Assembly (NCBI GenBank): GCA_046483495.1 | Contig: JAWODC010000063.1 | Span: 1-39,058 of the forward strand | Direction: 5' to 3' | DNA from: Desulfobacterales bacterium | GTDB lineage: Bacteria > Desulfobacterota > Desulfobacteria > Desulfobacterales > UBA5616 | Length of the DNA stretch: 39,058 nucleotides | Part shown: positions 25,734-36,865 of the stretch, in pieces | How positions within the stretch are numbered: the stretch's first letter is position 1 | Layout: every line of letters begins with the position of its first letter | Position numbers and translations under genes: made by a program | Notes under the pieces: generated by a model | Databases searched by the model: none | The model's input: the letters and a program-made list of their open reading frames with translations, nothing else | Told to the model about the DNA's origin: nothing

Positions 25734-27047
25734 TTATGGTTTATGCCTTTCTCGAAACTGTGTGTGTGGTGGATTGCCGCCGGTAAAACTGGTAATCAGC
25801 GCGGTGGTTTTCTCTGCGATCAAATCCCATTCTACCGAAATAGCCCGCAACAGCTTGTCCCACGAGGCAAACAGATTCGAATCCGGTTCATAACGGAAAT
25901 GTTCCTCGGATGCGCTTTCATACAGATCGGCCAGTTTTTCAGCACATGTATTTCTGGAAAAATGTTGCGCCGTACGAGCGGCATTTCGCTTAAATAAGTG
26001 CTTCAGATTTCCACATTCAGCCAGTTCTTCCATTGCTTCGGCAAATTGTATTTCGGAGGATTCGGGATCTAAAAGCCTGCCGTTCTCGCGGTCCGACATT
26101 ACTTCTCGAACACCGGATGCCGAAAGGGCGACTACCGGTGTTTCAGCGGCCATTGCCTCGATCAAAACCATTCCCTGTGTTTCTGATCTGGAAGCAAATA
26201 CAAACAAATCCATAGCGGAATAGGCATCGACCAGTTCCAGCCCGTTTCGTACCCCGGTCATGATGAGGCGGTGCGCCATTCCTTTTTTTCTGAAGATATC
26301 AAGCACAGTTTTTTTGCTTTCCCCCCCACCTACCACCAGGAAAACGCCGTCATTTTTTTCAAGGAAAATCGACACGGCCCTCGCCAGGAAGGGAATATTT
26401 TTTTCCGGGGCCAGACGCCCGACGTGGCCGATGATCGGCATATCTTCAGGTATGGTATAATGTCGCCTGAAGCGCCCGCTGTCTCCTTTGCTGTAAAAAT
26501 CGATATCTACACCGGTTGGAATTTCTACAACGGGGATAAGCACTCCGCGCTTTTTTAACAAATCCCTGATACTTCGGCTTGGCGCAATGACCCTGTTGCA
26601 CAGGTTGGCATAGTTGGTGGAAAGGGTTATGACAAATTTTCGCATCTGCTGGGAATCCATGGATACGTAATGGGTGTATTCCTCATAGCGGGTGTGATGC
26701 GTAAAAATCAGCGGTATGTCATGCCGACGGGCTGTTCTAAGGGCTGCGTCACCGAGAAGATAAGGATGATGGCTGTGGATAATGTCCGGCCTGAACTCGT
26801 TAATTGTGGTTGAAAGCAAGAACGGCAGGGCGATTCGGGCCGAAAAATCACTCCCGTTAAAGTTTTGAATCGCCGGAACCCGCTTTATTTCTTCAGGCCG
26901 GTTCTCCAACATTTTACCGGCAAATGTCGGTGCAATCACCAGGACGTTATGCCCGAGCCGCATGAGATCTTCTGAAAACATTGAAACCGATTTGGCAACG
27001 CCACCCACATGAGGAAGGTAAGTGTTTGTAAACATACAGATGTTCAT
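25734..27047 (-). CDS. GT4 glycosyltransferase (diacylglycerol glucosyltransferase-like subfamily)
   Basis: MNICMFTNTYLPHVGGV, HSHHP, HVGRLAPEKN, SRSETQGMVLIEAMA; start at MNICM. Confidence 0.92.
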   Translation of the reverse strand: MNICMFTNTYLPHVGGVAKSVSMFSEDLMRLGHNVLVIAPTFAGKMLENRPEEIKRVPAIQNFNGSDFSARIALPFLLSTTINEFRPDIIHSHHPYLLGDAALRTARRHDIPLIFTHHTRYEEYTHYVSMDSQQMRKFVITLSTNYANLCNRVIAPSRSIRDLLKKRGVLIPVVEIPTGVDIDFYSKGDSGRFRRHYTIPEDMPIIGHVGRLAPEKNIPFLARAVSIFLEKNDGVFLVVGGGESKKTVLDIFRKKGMAHRLIMTGVRNGLELVDAYSAMDLFVFASRSETQGMVLIEAMAAETPVVALSASGVREVMSDRENGRLLDPESSEIQFAEAMEELAECGNLKHLFKRNAARTAQHFSRNTCAEKLADLYESASEEHFRYEPDSNLFASWDKLLRAISVEWDLIAEKTTALITSFTGGNPPHTQFRERHKP

Positions 27048-27126
27048 GGGTGTCTTTCCTCTTCCATTTCTGAATTCACTTGCGACGGTCCCGTTTGCGG
27101 CGGGCCGTCCCGGAATGCGTCCGGGT

Positions 27127-29412
27127 TCAACCATAAAGGGCCTTTTTATCCGATCGGGAATCGAGTGGAATCAGTGCATGCCGGCCATTGCCGTAATCGG
27201 TAAGTTTTGGACGATATCCCGGCACATTGATTTCGATGATCGGAGGCGGTTTATGCCACTTTGCGTGAGTCTCCAGATAAACGGTGTCCTTTTTCCGGTA
27301 TATGCGGACACTGATGGTTCCCCAAAATACGGGGGCCGGACCAAATACGATCTCATCTTCCGATGCAATCCATTCGGGAAAAATACCCGAGCCCAGCACG
27401 AGCCGCTCTTTTTCTTCCCGGACAAACAAATGATGAATCATCAGCACCCATTCGGCTGCCGCCCATCCATGCTGGCCGTCACCCATGCATCCGCCGCCGG
27501 TAAACGGATGAATGGCTTCGGGCCACTGGCCTGTCGACGACGCCATCCTCGCGGTGTTTTCAACGAGCATTTTATACCTGCCGTCTCCCATTCGCAACAA
27601 CGATTGGGCGATGCACAGGGAAAGGTAGGGATTCATGCCTGAATGAATCATATCCTGGAAAAAGCACCCCGATTGGATACAGTTTTCCATCAGGTAATCG
27701 ACGGTTTCCTTGATGAGGTGGTGTCCGGGCGGGACGATTTGTAATGGATAATCAGCCACCAGGCTTCCAATGGCGCCGGAATCCATTCTTCGATAGGGTG
27801 AAGCCGGTATGCCGCCGCTTGACAGTTTGGAGGAGGCTCGGGCGATGCTGCTGAAAATGGCTTTTTCAAAATCCTCGGCTTCGGACGAACATGATTTTTG
27901 CATTTTAACGGATCCGAATATGCCTGCCAACCGAGCGGCGGCTTTCAGACCCGCCAGTCCCCAGAAGTCATCCCAATAATAAAAATCATTTGGACCGAAG
28001 TGTTCGGCACTGAATCCGGCGGGAAGAAGTCCGCCGTGATTTCCTTGATTTTTGGGCGTACGTTTGTGTTTGATCCACATGGCACCCCTTCGGAGCGATT
28101 TCAACCAGTTTCTCTCGAAGGCGTCTTTGCCGCCCAAATGATAGAAACGATCGAATAACCATAGCACCTGACCGTTCGAATCCCATTCACCTTCCTGGGA
28201 TTGAAAGTACCCCGAATGTCTTTGCCGTTCAAAAAAGAGGCTCAAAGGACGAGTGCATCGATCAGCCAATCCCATTGTTAAAAGGGCGTGCATGATCATG
28301 CAGGCATCCCTGAACCAGAATCGCCGGTATGTATAAGGGCCTGGAAAAACATCGTCTGCCGACAGCAATATAAGGGTTTTTTTGGCGATGTGGTACAGCG
28401 ATTGGACTGTTTTGTCCGGAATAGTAAGTCCGGGTGTATGGGCAAGTGCCGATTCCCAGGTCTGCCGCCTTCTCGGCTTTCTTTCGAGGTTCCGTGAGAG
28501 TTCATCTTGAAGAGGGACGGCGAATTCTATTTCTCTGGCCCGATTCTCTTCCAGTGAAAAAACGGCGGCGGATGTAGCCATTCCAACTTCACAGGAAACC
28601 TTGTGTTCCGATTCGTCTTTTTCCATTAAATGCAGAACGTCACCTTTGCGATAATTTGAAAACAGGACTTTTTCAGGCTCTTCTTCCATATCAATCAGGG
28701 TTTGAGAATTTATTACCCATGTGCGCATCTTTTTTTTATATTCAATATGTTCGATGAATTGAATTCCTTCGGGATTGTAAGGCCTTAGCGACACTGCCAT
28801 GCGACTGTTTCGGCGGGGAGAAAATCCCGTTGCGTTGAAAATGAGAAACGGCCGTTCATCTCGAATTTCCATGTGGACACGCGTGGTCAACTCCAGGCCG
28901 TCCTTTACACAATAGGTGCGCACAGTCAGGTCCGGCTTTATGAATTTCTGGTCCACATCCCGGATTTTGGACGGCAGCAAAGCAATGCCGTTTTCGTCGA
29001 ACATCCAAAAGTCGATGGACCAACCATCGAATAGCGGGGTGATGAGCCCGCGGGGATCCACAATGGGATATATAGGAAGATGAGGAAGGCCCACCGCTGT
29101 CCAATTACGGTTTGTAAGGTTTACGTGGGTTACGGAAAAAGCCCTCGGTATAAAGGAGGGGTCCTGGGGGTTGAACTGCTTTTCCACCCAGAACGGCCAA
29201 ACCCAATCCAAGTTATTTTGAATGGTCCTTGTGTTGATGAGCCCCCGGGCGTGAAACGCGATTCCGGCCCGCAAAAGTTCGATAGGGGTTTGAATTGCAG
29301 AGGGCTGCGAGAAACGCCCAAGCCTGGCCCACAATGAAAATGGATCGATTAGACCGTAAGAACGGGTAATGTGCCGTATGACGAATTTCCAGGGAAGCAG
29401 CCGTTTCAGCAA
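27127..29412 (-). CDS. large protein with C-terminal six-hairpin (alpha/alpha)6 glycosidase-like domain
   Basis: PGPYTYRRFWFRDA, EWDSNGQ, GLLPAG.SAEH, YYWDDFW, GQWPEA..P...MGD..HGWAAAE; GGAGAGG RBS with TTG start. Confidence 0.78.
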   Translation of the reverse strand: MLKRLLPWKFVIRHITRSYGLIDPFSLWARLGRFSQPSAIQTPIELLRAGIAFHARGLINTRTIQNNLDWVWPFWVEKQFNPQDPSFIPRAFSVTHVNLTNRNWTAVGLPHLPIYPIVDPRGLITPLFDGWSIDFWMFDENGIALLPSKIRDVDQKFIKPDLTVRTYCVKDGLELTTRVHMEIRDERPFLIFNATGFSPRRNSRMAVSLRPYNPEGIQFIEHIEYKKKMRTWVINSQTLIDMEEEPEKVLFSNYRKGDVLHLMEKDESEHKVSCEVGMATSAAVFSLEENRAREIEFAVPLQDELSRNLERKPRRRQTWESALAHTPGLTIPDKTVQSLYHIAKKTLILLSADDVFPGPYTYRRFWFRDACMIMHALLTMGLADRCTRPLSLFFERQRHSGYFQSQEGEWDSNGQVLWLFDRFYHLGGKDAFERNWLKSLRRGAMWIKHKRTPKNQGNHGGLLPAGFSAEHFGPNDFYYWDDFWGLAGLKAAARLAGIFGSVKMQKSCSSEAEDFEKAIFSSIARASSKLSSGGIPASPYRRMDSGAIGSLVADYPLQIVPPGHHLIKETVDYLMENCIQSGCFFQDMIHSGMNPYLSLCIAQSLLRMGDGRYKMLVENTARMASSTGQWPEAIHPFTGGGCMGDGQHGWAAAEWVLMIHHLFVREEKERLVLGSGIFPEWIASEDEIVFGPAPVFWGTISVRIYRKKDTVYLETHAKWHKPPPIIEINVPGYRPKLTDYGNGRHALIPLDSRSDKKALYG

Positions 29413-29840
29413 AACGCAAATCCTCTCCTTTTTTTTTAAATAAATCCGCTTAAGTTTTATTCAATTATCAGATTTCATGCAGAAATTTCATTCTTCTCTA
29501 TACAATACCAGGTGAAACGAATAAATACATGCATTCATTCATATGGTTTTGTACTGCCTCGTATTTTTGGCAACCTCCGGCAGTTGCGATAAATAACATC
29601 GGTTATGAAAATAAATGAATACCCGACTTATTATACGTGCTTTGAGGTGATATAATAAAAGCTCATTGTGATTAGGCGTAGTCCTGCAGCTGGATTTGTC
29701 GGCTTAATGAAAGCACGAAATGCGATGCCGTAAAGCTCGAAACCATTTTCGGAACCAGCGTTAACGGCCGCATTCGACTCGCCGGGAGTCATTGAGACCC
29801 GGCAATATAACCTGGAAGCAGAATTTATTGGAGGGCGGAC

Positions 29841-30098
29841 ATGTATCAAAAGAGCGAATTATGTGAAAAAATCAGAAGCATTTATCCTGAAATCGGCGAG
29901 TGCGGAATCGATATTGACGTCGCTTATGACGAGGACATGAAAACGTGGGTGGTATATCTGAATAAGGGAGACACGTCCTTAAAGACGTATCTCGAACCAA
30001 AAGATGCCGATCTGTGTATGGAAGGAAAACAGTGTGTGAGTCTCGGCATCGAGATCAATCAATTAAAAGACAGCATCGACAGAATGCCGCCCAGATGA
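29841..30098 (+). CDS. small hypothetical protein with four Cys
   Basis: GGAGGG RBS; upstream TATAAT at 29651; 85 aa. Confidence 0.78.
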   Translation: MYQKSELCEKIRSIYPEIGECGIDIDVAYDEDMKTWVVYLNKGDTSLKTYLEPKDADLCMEGKQCVSLGIEINQLKDSIDRMPPR

Positions 30099-30132
30099 AT
30101 TCAGGTGGATTCAGATGAAATACAGATGAATT
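30092..30132. repeat. short tandem repeat, 4 x ~10 bp (CAGATGAATT)
   Basis: CAGATGAATT-CAGGTGGATT-CAGATGAAATA-CAGATGAATT. Confidence 0.7.
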
Positions 30133-30183
30133 CCTGCGGCTTAAATTTCCCGGCCGCCGTTACCTGTGACGGCAACCGCCCGA

Positions 30184-31317
30184 TTATTGTTCATCGAGTT
30201 CAATTTTAAGGGATAAAAACTCCAGCAAATCTTTTAGGGTGATGACCCCCAGCAGGCGGTTGCCGTCGGCGACCAGAAGGCGGCTCTGCCGGGACTTGCT
30301 CATCATTGCCAGGGCTTTCATGGCATCTTCAGACGCACCGACCGTATTTTCTTCGTCCGGCCCCCGGACGATGTCAACCACATGGATATCCGGCCATTTT
30401 TCTTTTGGAATTTCCTTGACCTGCTTGGTGGTGACATATCCGATCAGGTTCCGGTCCGAATCGATCACCGGAAACATCTTGAAGTGAAATTTATAAATAT
30501 AGTCGTTTACGAGCGTGCTGATCGTTGCATCAGACGGCACGGTAATCGGATCGGTTTTCATAAACCGGCTGACCTGTTCGCCTTCCAGCGCCCTCCGGGT
30601 GAGAAGCTGCTGATAGGAGGATTTGGCCGCGGAATACAGGAAAAATCCGATCAGTCCCCACCACATGCCGCCGATTAGATTACCCATGAGTATGCTCATC
30701 AATCCCAACACGATCAGCATAATGCCGAACCCCGATCCGATGGAAGCCGATACCCGGGTTGCCCAACGAATGTTGTCCTTGAATTTCCATAATGCGGACC
30801 TCAAAATTCTGCCGCCGTCCAGTGGAAAGGCCGGCACCAGATTGAATGCGGCCAGTACGCCGTTGATTAAAGCAAGATATCCGACAACGGCGCTTATGGG
30901 GCGGGGGAGCCAGCCGGTTTGGCCGGACAGGTAAATTGCAAGAAAAACCAGAGCAATGCCGATACTTGCCAGCGGACCGGCGACCGCCATCAGGAATTCG
31001 GTTTTCGGCGATGTGGGTTCATCTCCCATCTCTGCAACACCGCCGAAAATAAACAACGTAATTCCTTTCATCGGCAGTCCGTACCGTCGGGCCACAATCG
31101 AATGGGAAAATTCATGAACGATAATGGATAAGAACAAACCTAAAGCACCGATAATCCCCATCAGCCAATAAGTGGATGTGGAAAGATTTTTATAGTGAAA
31201 CGGGAAAAAGCCTGTGGAAAGAGACCATGTGATCAAGATGGCAATAAAAATCCAACTAAGATCAATTTTTACTTCGAATCCCAATAAACTGAAAAGCCGA
31301 ACACTGTTGCCGAACAT
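30184..31317 (-). CDS. site-2 protease (M50) with C-terminal CBS pair
   Basis: HEFSH, LFIFGGVA, AGP, FNLVPAFPLDGGRIL, then two CBS domains; GGAGG RBS. Confidence 0.95.
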   Translation of the reverse strand: MFGNSVRLFSLLGFEVKIDLSWIFIAILITWSLSTGFFPFHYKNLSTSTYWLMGIIGALGLFLSIIVHEFSHSIVARRYGLPMKGITLFIFGGVAEMGDEPTSPKTEFLMAVAGPLASIGIALVFLAIYLSGQTGWLPRPISAVVGYLALINGVLAAFNLVPAFPLDGGRILRSALWKFKDNIRWATRVSASIGSGFGIMLIVLGLMSILMGNLIGGMWWGLIGFFLYSAAKSSYQQLLTRRALEGEQVSRFMKTDPITVPSDATISTLVNDYIYKFHFKMFPVIDSDRNLIGYVTTKQVKEIPKEKWPDIHVVDIVRGPDEENTVGASEDAMKALAMMSKSRQSRLLVADGNRLLGVITLKDLLEFLSLKIELDEQ

Positions 31318-31330
31318 TGACTCCTCCCTT

Positions 31331-31705
31331 TCAGGTGGATGTATCGATGAAGGTCCCGACCAGGTTAATTATCTCATTGATAGTTATCGTATTTTTGGAA
31401 ATAAAATAATCCGCACCCGCGTCAATGGCGGCTTTTGTGTATTCCGCGGAATCATAATTGGTAATCACGACAACGGGAAGGATGCTGTTTTTTTCCTTTA
31501 TACTGCGTGTCAACACCAGTCCGTCCGAACCTGGCAGATTGATATCCATGAAAATCAGATTTGGCGATTCGGATTCGATTTCAGTCATGACATACTCACC
31601 ATTGGGAAACTCCCGGATCACCGCGGAAGGATATGCCGAAACGATGATTTCCTTCAGCGTTTCGGAAAAGAGACGGTTGTCATCGACAATGAATATGGTG
31701 AGCAT
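31331..31705 (-). CDS. single-domain response regulator
   Basis: IFIVDDN, IFMDINLPGSDG, VITNYD, YFISK; alternative start GTG 31741. Confidence 0.88.
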   Translation of the reverse strand: MLTIFIVDDNRLFSETLKEIIVSAYPSAVIREFPNGEYVMTEIESESPNLIFMDINLPGSDGLVLTRSIKEKNSILPVVVITNYDSAEYTKAAIDAGADYFISKNTITINEIINLVGTFIDTST

Positions 31706-31846
31706 ACAATTTATCGCTTGAATTTTTATGGATTTTTCCACATAATAGGAATAAATCCAGAAAACACATGCATATAGTCTCCAAAGTTGTTTGGAATCTG
31801 GATGATTTCGGAAAACATTTTAGCATGTCTACACTTATAATATCTT

Positions 31847-31892
31847 TTTTTATTTCCTTTTTTTGATTTCGTATATAGGGTAAATTATGTAT
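31847..31892 (-). promoter_or_regulatory. 18-bp motif plus putative promoter between the divergent response regulators
   Basis: Plus-strand ATAGGGTAAATTATGTAT (31875-31892) abuts minus-strand TATACG-N17-TAAAAA. Confidence 0.58.
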
Positions 31893-32062
31893 TTTGATAA
31901 GGGTTTGGTTGAAAATGAACTGTGGAAGCAAGTTTTTTGAACAAAAAGAAAAACGCTGAAAACCACCTGTTGAACGGCCCTTATCGCCCCATAATGTGGG
32001 GGATGCAGCATCACAAGGCCGGAAAACGTAACCCGAATATGCAAACATGAGGGTATTTGGAA

Positions 32063-32719
32063 ATGAACAAAGCAAAAAAAGTCGTCATCGTCGAAGATCA
32101 CGCGATTATCCGAGACGGATTGAGATCCCTGCTGGAAAAATTTAAAAATGTCGAGGTGGTCGGCGAAGCCGAAGACGGATTGAAGGCCATTCGCTGCATC
32201 AAGGAAAAGAAGCCGGATTTAATTATTCTGGACATTAACATGCCCAAAATGGACGGCTTAGCCGTTATTCATGAGATTAAAACCGTGCTCCCTCAGATCA
32301 AGATCATCGTATTGACCATGTTTAAAGAAGAGGAATACATCATTGAAACCTTTAAATCCGGTGTGGAAGGATATTGTCTGAAGTCTTCCTCGTTCGAAGA
32401 GTTGAAAATGGCGATAGAAGCTATTTTTTCAGGAAAGCAGTTTATCAGCCCCGAAATATCCGACAAGGTGATGGAAGGTTTCATCGAAAGCCAAAAGAAG
32501 ATAAAACAGAAATCCGCCTGGGAATCCCTGACCCAACGGGAAAAAGAAGTGTTGAAACTCGTGGGTGAAGGATACAAAAATAAGGAGATCGCGGATTATT
32601 TGTGCATTAGTGTTAAAACGGTTGAAAAACACAGAGCAAATATCATGAAAAAGCTTGACATGCATACGGCCTCCTCTCTCGCGGCATATGCCGTAGATAA
32701 GGGGCTTGTCAATCGGTAA
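32063..32719 (+). CDS. NarL/FixJ-family DNA-binding response regulator (REC + LuxR HTH)
   Basis: VEDHAIIRDGL, ILDINMP, LTQREKEVL...NKEIADYLCISVKTVEKHRANIMKKL. Confidence 0.96.
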   Translation: MNKAKKVVIVEDHAIIRDGLRSLLEKFKNVEVVGEAEDGLKAIRCIKEKKPDLIILDINMPKMDGLAVIHEIKTVLPQIKIIVLTMFKEEEYIIETFKSGVEGYCLKSSSFEELKMAIEAIFSGKQFISPEISDKVMEGFIESQKKIKQKSAWESLTQREKEVLKLVGEGYKNKEIADYLCISVKTVEKHRANIMKKLDMHTASSLAAYAVDKGLVNR

Positions 32720-32898
32720 CCCAGGATCCTTTGTCAAACCGCCGATCGTTTTCCATCCTTACATACGGTCCCACCACAAACATACGGCAAACGGTGAACC
32801 GACCTTTCTTTTAACCTCCGAATGATGCCGCGGAATGCTCCCTGGATTGGGTCGATTTCAAAAGGACAAAAAAAGGGGAGAAGGTTGAAACCGGGCTC

Positions 32899-33339
32899 TT
32901 ACTCTTTTGACGATTCGCACACCTTGATGGTGCCGTGGGCTTTTTTCTTACCGTTCGAGAGTTCGACACGATAGGTATACACGCCCTCTTTGACAAACCG
33001 GAGACTGGCGGTGGCGATAAACGGCAGGTATTTTGCCGTGTACATGCCGTCTTCCAGGCTGAATCCCATCGCATCGGAAAAGGCAGCGTCCGGCCTTTCT
33101 TCAGCGGAGAGGGAAATATTCACATCCTGATCCTTAATGGCATTGAGCCATATGACCACACTGTTTTTGCTGATGGTGAGTTCAACCGGTTCAAGTTGAA
33201 CGATTGCATTCGCCTCAGCGGCGGCCGTTTTAATCGTGATAATTTTGCCTTCTTGGGCCGCCGCTTCCGCAGCCAATCCACAAAGAAGCACGACATAAAG
33301 GGCGATGAAACGCAAGTTGTCGGACACAATTTGAATCAT
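32899..33339 (-). CDS. exported protein, possible cupredoxin-like fold lacking copper ligands
   Basis: Signal peptide (AAA-QE); P.ELTI.K...V.W.N; F...G.Y.Y; GTI.V. Confidence 0.6.
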   Translation of the reverse strand: MIQIVSDNLRFIALYVVLLCGLAAEAAAQEGKIITIKTAAAEANAIVQLEPVELTISKNSVVIWLNAIKDQDVNISLSAEERPDAAFSDAMGFSLEDGMYTAKYLPFIATASLRFVKEGVYTYRVELSNGKKKAHGTIKVCESSKE

Positions 33340-33392
33340 AAACGTCCCGTGGAAATGGTTATGGTGTTCTGCTCAAGTGCCGAAAACAACGG

Positions 33393-34439
33393 TTATTGAA
33401 CCATCGATCTCATTTTCAAATGATTGCTCAAGGGCTCTGTGGCACCGGTAATGATCACTGTTGATGTATGTTCTTCAGTACGCAGAACGAGCAATTCGCC
33501 TGTAACATAGGGTGGGAGCTTTACCGTTTCAACGGTTTTCGGGTGCAGGCTTGCCTCTTCCTGTTGATATATTTGATAGATTTGCCCCGTTTGGATGCCG
33601 TCTGCGACACCTTTATCGACAAATGCAATGGTGTAATCGCCGAAAATTTCCGAATGTTCCTCAGAAGAGATAAGGTTTCCCTGAATACCCAGGGTACTGT
33701 CCACTACGGGAATTTGTTCGGAACGCGGGACGAGCGGCATGAGTTTGTCTTCGATATAAATCGGCTTTGGTGAGAAGACAATCGTCCCGACCGCGAAGTC
33801 CGATTTTTCTTTCGTAATTTCTACAAGACCTGTGATATAATGTTGAATGCCGTATGGTTCGCCGGTTTTCCGGTTGATTTCCGAATCGAATGTGCGATAT
33901 ACGACAAACCGCCTTCCGGGGCTGAAATCTCCGGTCTTTTCTTTCCTCAGATATACGAGGTCCCCCTTGCTCAGCATTTTATGGTCCCCCTTTACCTTAA
34001 AAATGACGGCACTGGGGGAAACCGCTTTTTCCCGGATGAATCCCACCAAATCGATATTCCGGTACAAAAAATAAACAGGTTCGGGTTTTTCCGGCGTGGG
34101 CAGATCCATAACTTTCGTCCATTCCTTATGATAAAGGCGTATTCGATTGCCCGGATAAATCCAGTGAGGATTTGGCAGTTGACTGTTTTCTTTCCACAAA
34201 TCCGGCCACAGCCAGGGGGAGTCGGCAAACCGTTCGGAGAGGTCCCAAAGCGTATCGCCTTTTTTCACCGTATAATAGAAACCCGCTTCCTGGTCGATTT
34301 TTTCGGGTTCATGGGACGTTGCTCCAACCGGGCAGACCATCAGAAAATAAGCCAAAAAAACGCTTAAAAATATGGTGAATCCACAATTCCTCATACCGAA
34401 AGATCCTGTCAAGCGTGATTTCGTTTTTCCGGTTTCCAT
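33393..34439 (-). CDS. exported LysM peptidoglycan-binding protein
   Basis: Signal/TM segment, YTVKKGDTLWDLSERF...WPDLW..N..NPHWIYPG. Confidence 0.92.
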   Translation of the reverse strand: METGKTKSRLTGSFGMRNCGFTIFLSVFLAYFLMVCPVGATSHEPEKIDQEAGFYYTVKKGDTLWDLSERFADSPWLWPDLWKENSQLPNPHWIYPGNRIRLYHKEWTKVMDLPTPEKPEPVYFLYRNIDLVGFIREKAVSPSAVIFKVKGDHKMLSKGDLVYLRKEKTGDFSPGRRFVVYRTFDSEINRKTGEPYGIQHYITGLVEITKEKSDFAVGTIVFSPKPIYIEDKLMPLVPRSEQIPVVDSTLGIQGNLISSEEHSEIFGDYTIAFVDKGVADGIQTGQIYQIYQQEEASLHPKTVETVKLPPYVTGELLVLRTEEHTSTVIITGATEPLSNHLKMRSMVQ

Positions 34440-34552
34440 TGTATTCTCCGATTTAAGGGGGGTTTAACGGATGTGACGCATACCCTGCATATCTCAAAAT
34501 CAACTAATTTGTCAAGTTTCCACGCTCTTTTGCACTTTCAAAAGTTCAACTG

Positions 34553-34587
34553 AAAAAAAGCCCCCTGCCGGGTGACAGGGGGCTTTT
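34553..34587 (-). terminator. Rho-independent terminator of groESL
   Basis: AAAAGCCCCCTG / CAGGGGGCTTTT perfect stem with a T7 tract on the minus strand. Confidence 0.88.
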
Positions 34588-34636
34588 GAATAAGCTATCG
34601 AATTTATTTAATAAATATCGACACCGGGCGAAACGG

Positions 34637-36310
<1,674 letters not shown>

Positions 36311-36340
36311 TCATCTTATATTAAAAGAAAGATACTTTTG

Positions 36341-36628
36341 TTATTCTATAATACCAAGAACATCGTCTTCGCGCATAATAAGATATTCCTCGCCTTCAAT
36401 CTTGACTTCCGTTCCGGCATATTTGCCGAAAAGAATACGGTCGCCCGTTTTGACTTCAAGAGGAACCCGCTTGCCGTCGTCGCCGAGTTTGCCGTTGCCC
36501 ACGGCCATCACTTTGCCTTCAGCAGGTTTTTCTTTGGCGGTATCCGGTATGATAATGCCGCCCTTTGTTTTCGTTTCCTCTTCAACGCGCTGGACTAAAA
36601 TTCGATCCTGTAATGGTTTGAGTTTCAT
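36341..36628 (-). CDS. groES: co-chaperonin GroES
   Basis: [33 protein letters not shown]. Confidence 0.99.
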   Translation of the reverse strand: MKLKPLQDRILVQRVEEETKTKGGIIIPDTAKEKPAEGKVMAVGNGKLGDDGKRVPLEVKTGDRILFGKYAGTEVKIEGEEYLIMREDDVLGIIE

Positions 36629-36865
36629 CGTTCAAAATCTCCTTTCCTCTTAAGGTATATGGGTATTAATGTTTGCCGGCGTTTAAACGAAAAATACCTG
36701 GAATTCGAGCAGTAACTTCATATAGTCATCAAACCGGACCGAAAACCCTGCCGGATTGAATCGATGTGTAAAATAACTGCAAAAACATAATCACGATTTT
36801 TGCCATGTAAAGGGAACCGATAAAATTTTTTCCCTAATTGTAAGCCGAGCATCAGACCCGATTGT

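Noticed and set aside
30092..30132. Possible CRISPR array
   Set aside because: Units are ~10 bp with no spacers and there are no cas genes
31680..32101. 131-aa and 83-aa ORFs between the two response regulators
   Set aside because: AT-rich promoter region, no RBS or protein-like features, overlaps the real genes
6183..33000. Stress region as a mobile genomic island
   Set aside because: No integrase, transposase, tRNA or flanking direct repeats seen, and no obvious compositional break
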